From positions 1 through 37,836 of the forward strand of contig NIVC01004695.1 in the NCBI GenBank assembly GCA_002269645.1: DNA of 37,836 bases. Direction: 5' to 3'. Shown piece after piece: positions 33,464 through 37,836 of the stretch. The DNA is from Macrostomum lignano. Lineage: Eukaryota. Position 1 is the first letter of the stretch, and each line of letters starts with the position of its first letter. A model generated the notes under the pieces. The model saw nothing but the letters and a program-made list of their open reading frames with translations. It had not been told where the DNA came from and did not search any database. Position numbers and translations under genes: made by a program.

Positions 33464-33949
33464 GCAAGTCTTTAACGTTTTTGGCTCCCAGACTCTCTCG
33501 AATGACGATAAAATGTTTCACGCTTTTGCCTGTGAGAGATTCCGTTTAAAGGGCACTTCAAACTGCCAATTTTTTGGAAATGAGAAACTCTATGAGTATC
33601 TAAAATGTTTCTGTCAATTATTTTATGTCATTAGGTATCAGTCATTGTGTTTGTGTCTCCCATGTTGGCGCAACCGTAACCTCTTCTGAAATATCCAAAA
33701 TATTGGAGATTTTGTTTTTGGTCATTCATCTATTTCGAAGTCTAGCAGATCCATTTTTCATGATAGTCAGAGTGGTTTCCGAACTGCCTTATAAAATTGC
33801 TTGATGGATTTTTTTCATTTTATGGAGCATTTTCAAGCACTCGTGGATTAGATAAATACGATAACCTATAACGAGCAGATAGGACACCTAAAAGCTTTAC
33901 AATTCGTCCCACTAAAAATCGTCAAAACCTTTAGCCGAGTGACTGGAAA

Positions 33950-34408
33950 ATGCGTTTGCTTTCAATGAATATTTGGTTTGCAAATTTCCTGCCACTGGCA
34001 TTCGGTAATTTGTGCCCCCAGCCTTACAGCCTCCGGGCTGGCAAGTGCGTCCATATTAATGAGTTAAACAGTCACACGTGGTGCAAAGCGAACGCTGAGT
34101 GCATCTCAATCGGAGGGGAGCTCATCAGCAACTACGGCACCCTGATCCTGCTTGGCAGCATGTCAATTTCGGTTCCCAATCATCTTTGGCTTGGAGTCAC
34201 CGACTTGCCTGACGAGAGAGACAGGAGCAGGTCTGGCTGGCATTTGATCAACAACAAAGGAGTTCTGCCGCTTAATGATACATTGTGGGGGACCGAGGAA
34301 CCTAATAATATTGACAAAAACCAGGACTGTTTAATCATGCAGCAAAATGCTCCGGGCAAGTTGGCTGATCTCCCCTGCTCGAACCTGCGCGGCTTCATGT
34401 GTGAATAA
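33950..34408 (+). CDS. Secreted C-type lectin domain protein (152 aa to the first stop)
   Basis: Signal-peptide-like N-terminus. CTLD cysteine pattern CPQ..KC..EC..GGEL..WLGVTD..W..EPNN..QDC..LADLPC..FMCE, with the EPN motif. Single exon. Confidence 0.88.
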   Translation: MRLLSMNIWFANFLPLAFGNLCPQPYSLRAGKCVHINELNSHTWCKANAECISIGGELISNYGTLILLGSMSISVPNHLWLGVTDLPDERDRSRSGWHLINNKGVLPLNDTLWGTEEPNNIDKNQDCLIMQQNAPGKLADLPCSNLRGFMCE

Positions 34409-34690
34409 GTCGCCGCGCTGCAGACTGCAAATTCGAGTCAAACCACTTGGAGACCAGCAGCTTTCAAGGCTCGGCACTTCAACCGCAACACTGAGTACTG
34501 CTATAGCGATCTGAAGAAGGTGAAAAATTCGGTCGCTTGCGTGGCCGCCTGCATGCGAGCGAGAACCTGCCGACATGCGCTGTACCACAGGAAGCTGCAC
34601 GACTGCCGCCTGCTGCTGTTCACGGATGCCCAAGTGGAGGAGAGCATCGAGACGAACCCAGACTGGGTGAAGTACAGCCTGCAGAACTAA
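34409..34690 (+). CDS. In-frame PAN/Apple-like domain continuation behind the lectin TAA (93 aa)
   Basis: Same frame as 33950 (741 nt in total). Contains CVAACMRARTCRHALYHRKLHDCRLL, the C-x3-C-x5-C-x11-C PAN core. Ends TAA at 34688-34690. Confidence 0.7.
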   Translation, partial: VAALQTANSSQTTWRPAAFKARHFNRNTEYCYSDLKKVKNSVACVAACMRARTCRHALYHRKLHDCRLLLFTDAQVEESIETNPDWVKYSLQN

Positions 34691-35429
34691 TGTTGAACAA
34701 CATTGACAACTCAAATGTGAACTTTATTTATTAATTCACTAATCTTTCCAGCAATTTTTAAAATCAAAATTACCTGTTCATATTTGCGAACTTTTTAGAC
34801 AGAAGTTAAACCTCAATAATAAATTATTCTATGTAAAAATAGCATATTTTGTTCATCTATCCGAAGTTTTCTTCTGAATTCTTTTTCAATATACTGTGGC
34901 GGACGAGTGCAAGCGCACCTGAGGACGGCCGTTTAGGTGCCCTCGCGCCCACCTCATCACGCCGCGTCTATGCTCCACCCACCCCGGAGATTAGGGGTGG
35001 GGGTTCGCCCAACCAGCCTGAGCTACGTGGGGGTTGGGGTTGACTGACTAACTAGCACGTTGGCCTATTTAACCTGATTGTGCGCACATGCTTGTAAGAA
35101 CTTTTTGCTCTCCGCAAATACAATTTCAAGTCTGCAAGCAGTAGCAACTGCCCGCTTCAATACGATATTACGAGACTGACAATCCAAGAGAACAAAAACA
35201 GCTAAAATTTCTTCAAATATTTACCTGCTTAGGTGAAAATTCTAAGGAAAACGGTTTAATAAAGTTTATGGATCAAGACGCACACATGGTTCAATATAAG
35301 TTTTGAAACTTGAAGTTTTCTAGTACGTCAAAGCATTAAGATGGTAGATTGTGTCTATGGTAAAACCATATGCATAAGCACATTTTCACATGTTTTAACG
35401 TGTATAAATAATATTAATATTAATAATAA

Positions 35430-35720
35430 TTTCATGATTACACCGGCCCTATTGGGCAGACGTGCAACCGACAGCTCAGCCGCAGCTATTGCGCGGCGCA
35501 TCTGAAGGCTGCGTACGGCTGTTCAGTCCAAGGACTGGAGGGAGGGCCGCCACACGCTACCCCAATTAACCCAGCTAATGCTGGCACGGCAACCCATTTT
35601 ACAGCTGGGTGAACTGAAGCAATGTTTATTTAAGTGTCTTGCTCAAAGACACAAATTGTTCCGAATTGGGTCGAGAATCGAACCCCCGACCTTTTCATGA
35701 GTCCAACACTCTAACTACTC
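35430..35720 (-). mobile_element. tRNA-derived CORE-SINE, copy 4
   Basis: Reverse-complement homologue of 28700-28994 with tail, CORE and B box; the 5' head is eroded. Confidence 0.85.
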
Positions 35721-36481
35721 ATTAATTTAAGTCATTAACTAATGCTGCCCTGGTTATAAAATTACCTGAAGAAATGCTGAGCTTAATGCATTCTTCAACT
35801 ATTGAGGGAAAAATTCAGAAAAATTAATAATCATATCTCAAAAATCCCCTGTAGACGGATAAATCAGAAATATGCATCGATCTTGCATCAAAGCGACAAA
35901 GGCTTACTGCATTACTAAAAGTAGCAAACTAAGATTTTTTGCTTAAAAAACTCTTTATGTGAGATAAAAATTCTCATTCCTGACGATTAGAGAGTCAAAG
36001 GGCCGCTGTGTGAGCGTGTGAGGTGCCTGCAACCCTCGTGATTTAAATATTATTGTTGCTATTACTTTTAAAAATCCACCCACTCCACTGGCTATTAGAA
36101 AATGAAAAGGTGTAAGAAGCAATTTTTATCCATAATTAAACACACACGATCACCTGCATCTCACTGTTTTTGCCAGCCCCGCCCACTCAAATAATCAGCT
36201 TCTTTGGGGACTCTTCGAGAAGTCTGGGGGTGGGTCATTTGAGCACGGCAGTTATCCCTACATTGCTCTTGGGCACTCATTAGCGCCATAAACACAGGCG
36301 GGCAGACACCCCCATCCAGCCTCTTTCACAACTGCTGCATCGTCAGCTCAGATGCGGGTGGCCTGCAAACTGGAAGCTGCTTGCGGGTGATGATTAAAGC
36401 TTCTGAGAAATTCATTTCGGGTAAATTGAAACTGAAGTCCTGACTTACTGTTTTATTTTCCTGAGCTGATAGGCTTTTTTA

Positions 36482-36638
36482 GATTGGAAGCAATGAGATA
36501 TTGATAAGCAATGAGATTGATAAGCAATGGGATATTGATAAGCAATCGGATTGATAAGCAATGGGATTGATAAGCAATAAGATTGATAAACAATGAGATT
36601 GATAAGCAATAAGATTGATAAGCAATGAGATTGATAAA
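36482..36638. repeat. 16/18-bp tandem array (GATTGATAAGCAATGA), ~9.5 copies
   Basis: Read directly. Confidence 0.9.
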
Positions 36639-37119
36639 TTATAAGTTTACAATCATTGAGATGTGAATTTTAAGGCGAAATTGAAAAGCCTTTGTCATCC
36701 TCTTATTCTCACACTCTGATGAGGCGCTGACTCTGATCCGAGCACAGGCACAGAGCAGACTCAGAGCGATAAGTGTAAGAAAATTGCATCAACAAAAGAG
36801 TCAGTCGTGACCACGCCTACCAAAGGCTCCATAAGAAGGCTTTCTAAAAGAAAATTATTTCGAGTGTGTCAAGCAAAATCGCTGCAGGGGTTGCGCCGCT
36901 CAGTTCCTGCTGCATTCACCTGTAACGCAAAACTTTATCCACACCTCAAAAATGTCACGGATTTTTTCTGCATTTTGTCTTTCCACGAATAATTAGCTGA
37001 GAACAATGCACGTCTCAAATTATTTAAGTCGATGACCTTTCTATATTTCTTTCATAAACACAGGTTCTATTAAATCAGAATAAACTGAACAAAAAATCGT
37101 TTTGAGTCTTAGTTAGATA

Positions 37120-37836
37120 CTGTGCTCAAATCCCCGCTCAAATCTCTGCTCAAATCTATGCTCAAATTCCTGCATAAATCCCTGCATAAATCCCTGCATA
37201 AATCCCTGCATAAATCCCTGCTCAAATATTTGCTCAATTTCTTGCTCAAATCCCTGCTCAAATCCCTGCTCAAATCCCTGCTCAAATATTTGCTCAAACT
37301 TCTGCTCAAATCCCTGCATAAATCCCTGCATAAATCCCTGCTCGAACTTTTGCTCAAATCCCTGCTCAAATCCCTGCTTAAATTCCTGCTCAAATCCCTG
37401 CTCAAATATTTGCTCAAACTTCTGCTCAAATCTCTGCTCAAATCCCTGCTCAAATCCCTGCTCAAATCCTTTCTCAAATTTCTGCTCAAATATTTGCTCA
37501 AACTTCTGCTCAAATCTCTGCTCAAATCCCTGCTCAAATCCCTGCTCTATTTGCTCATATTTGCTCAAACTTCTGCTCAAATCCCTGCATAAATCCCTGC
37601 ATAAATCCCTGCTCGAACTTTTGCTCAAATCCCTGCTCAAATCCCTGCTCAAATCCCTGCTCAAATATTTGCTCAAACTTCTGCTCAAACTTCTGCTCAA
37701 ATCCCTGCTCAAATCCCTGCTTAAATATTTGCTCAAACTTCTGCTCAAATCCCTGCATAAATCCCTGCATAAATCCCTGCATAAATCCCTGCTCGAACTT
37801 TTGCTCAAATCCCTGCTCAAATCCCTGCTCAAATCC
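37120..37836. repeat. 12-bp tandem array (GCTCAAATCCCT with GCATAAATCCCT, GCTCAAATATTT and GCTCAAACTTCT variants) running off the right edge
   Basis: Read directly; about 60 units. Confidence 0.95.

Noticed and set aside
32763-33521. SVSQCL-repeat ORFs
   Set aside because: Translations of the 8-bp microsatellite.
37113-37832. Similarity of FEQGFEQG to EQG-repeat tails of bacterial Rpn/PD-(D/E)XK proteins
   Set aside because: No nuclease domain adjoins it within the window; the resemblance follows from the 12-bp unit.

Overview
This is eukaryotic, most likely invertebrate animal, genomic DNA: GT-AG spliced genes, GC-rich exons, and AT-rich, repeat-laden introns. A free-living flatworm such as Macrostomum is only a guess. 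Genes: (1) a 2-exon MPST-type sulfurtransferase on the minus strand (830-4089) with 8 apparent 1-nt deletions; (2) an intronless nodulin-like MFS transporter (12954-14486); (3) two tandem intronless GT32 DXD glycosyltransferases on the minus strand, ~99% identical over a central ~827-bp tract but strongly diverged outside it; (4) a 13-exon CNBD2-like cyclic-nucleotide-binding gene (25640-32619) whose splice phases I traced by hand; (5) a C-type lectin with a PAN/Apple-like domain continuing in frame behind a single TAA. Mobile DNA: a 5'-truncated RNase H-containing non-LTR retrotransposon with TSD, a second LINE remnant, a 729-bp foldback MITE with 292-bp TIRs and a CAA TSD, a 348-bp hAT-type MITE with an 8-bp TSD, and four copies of a tRNA-derived CORE-SINE. 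There are also nine tandem arrays. I found no rRNA, genuine tRNA or CRISPR array. The best leads are the lectin/PAN in-frame stop, the sharply bounded glycosyltransferase conversion tract and the near-perfect foldback element. Many frameshifts may be long-read consensus errors. All analysis was by eye; no searches were run.
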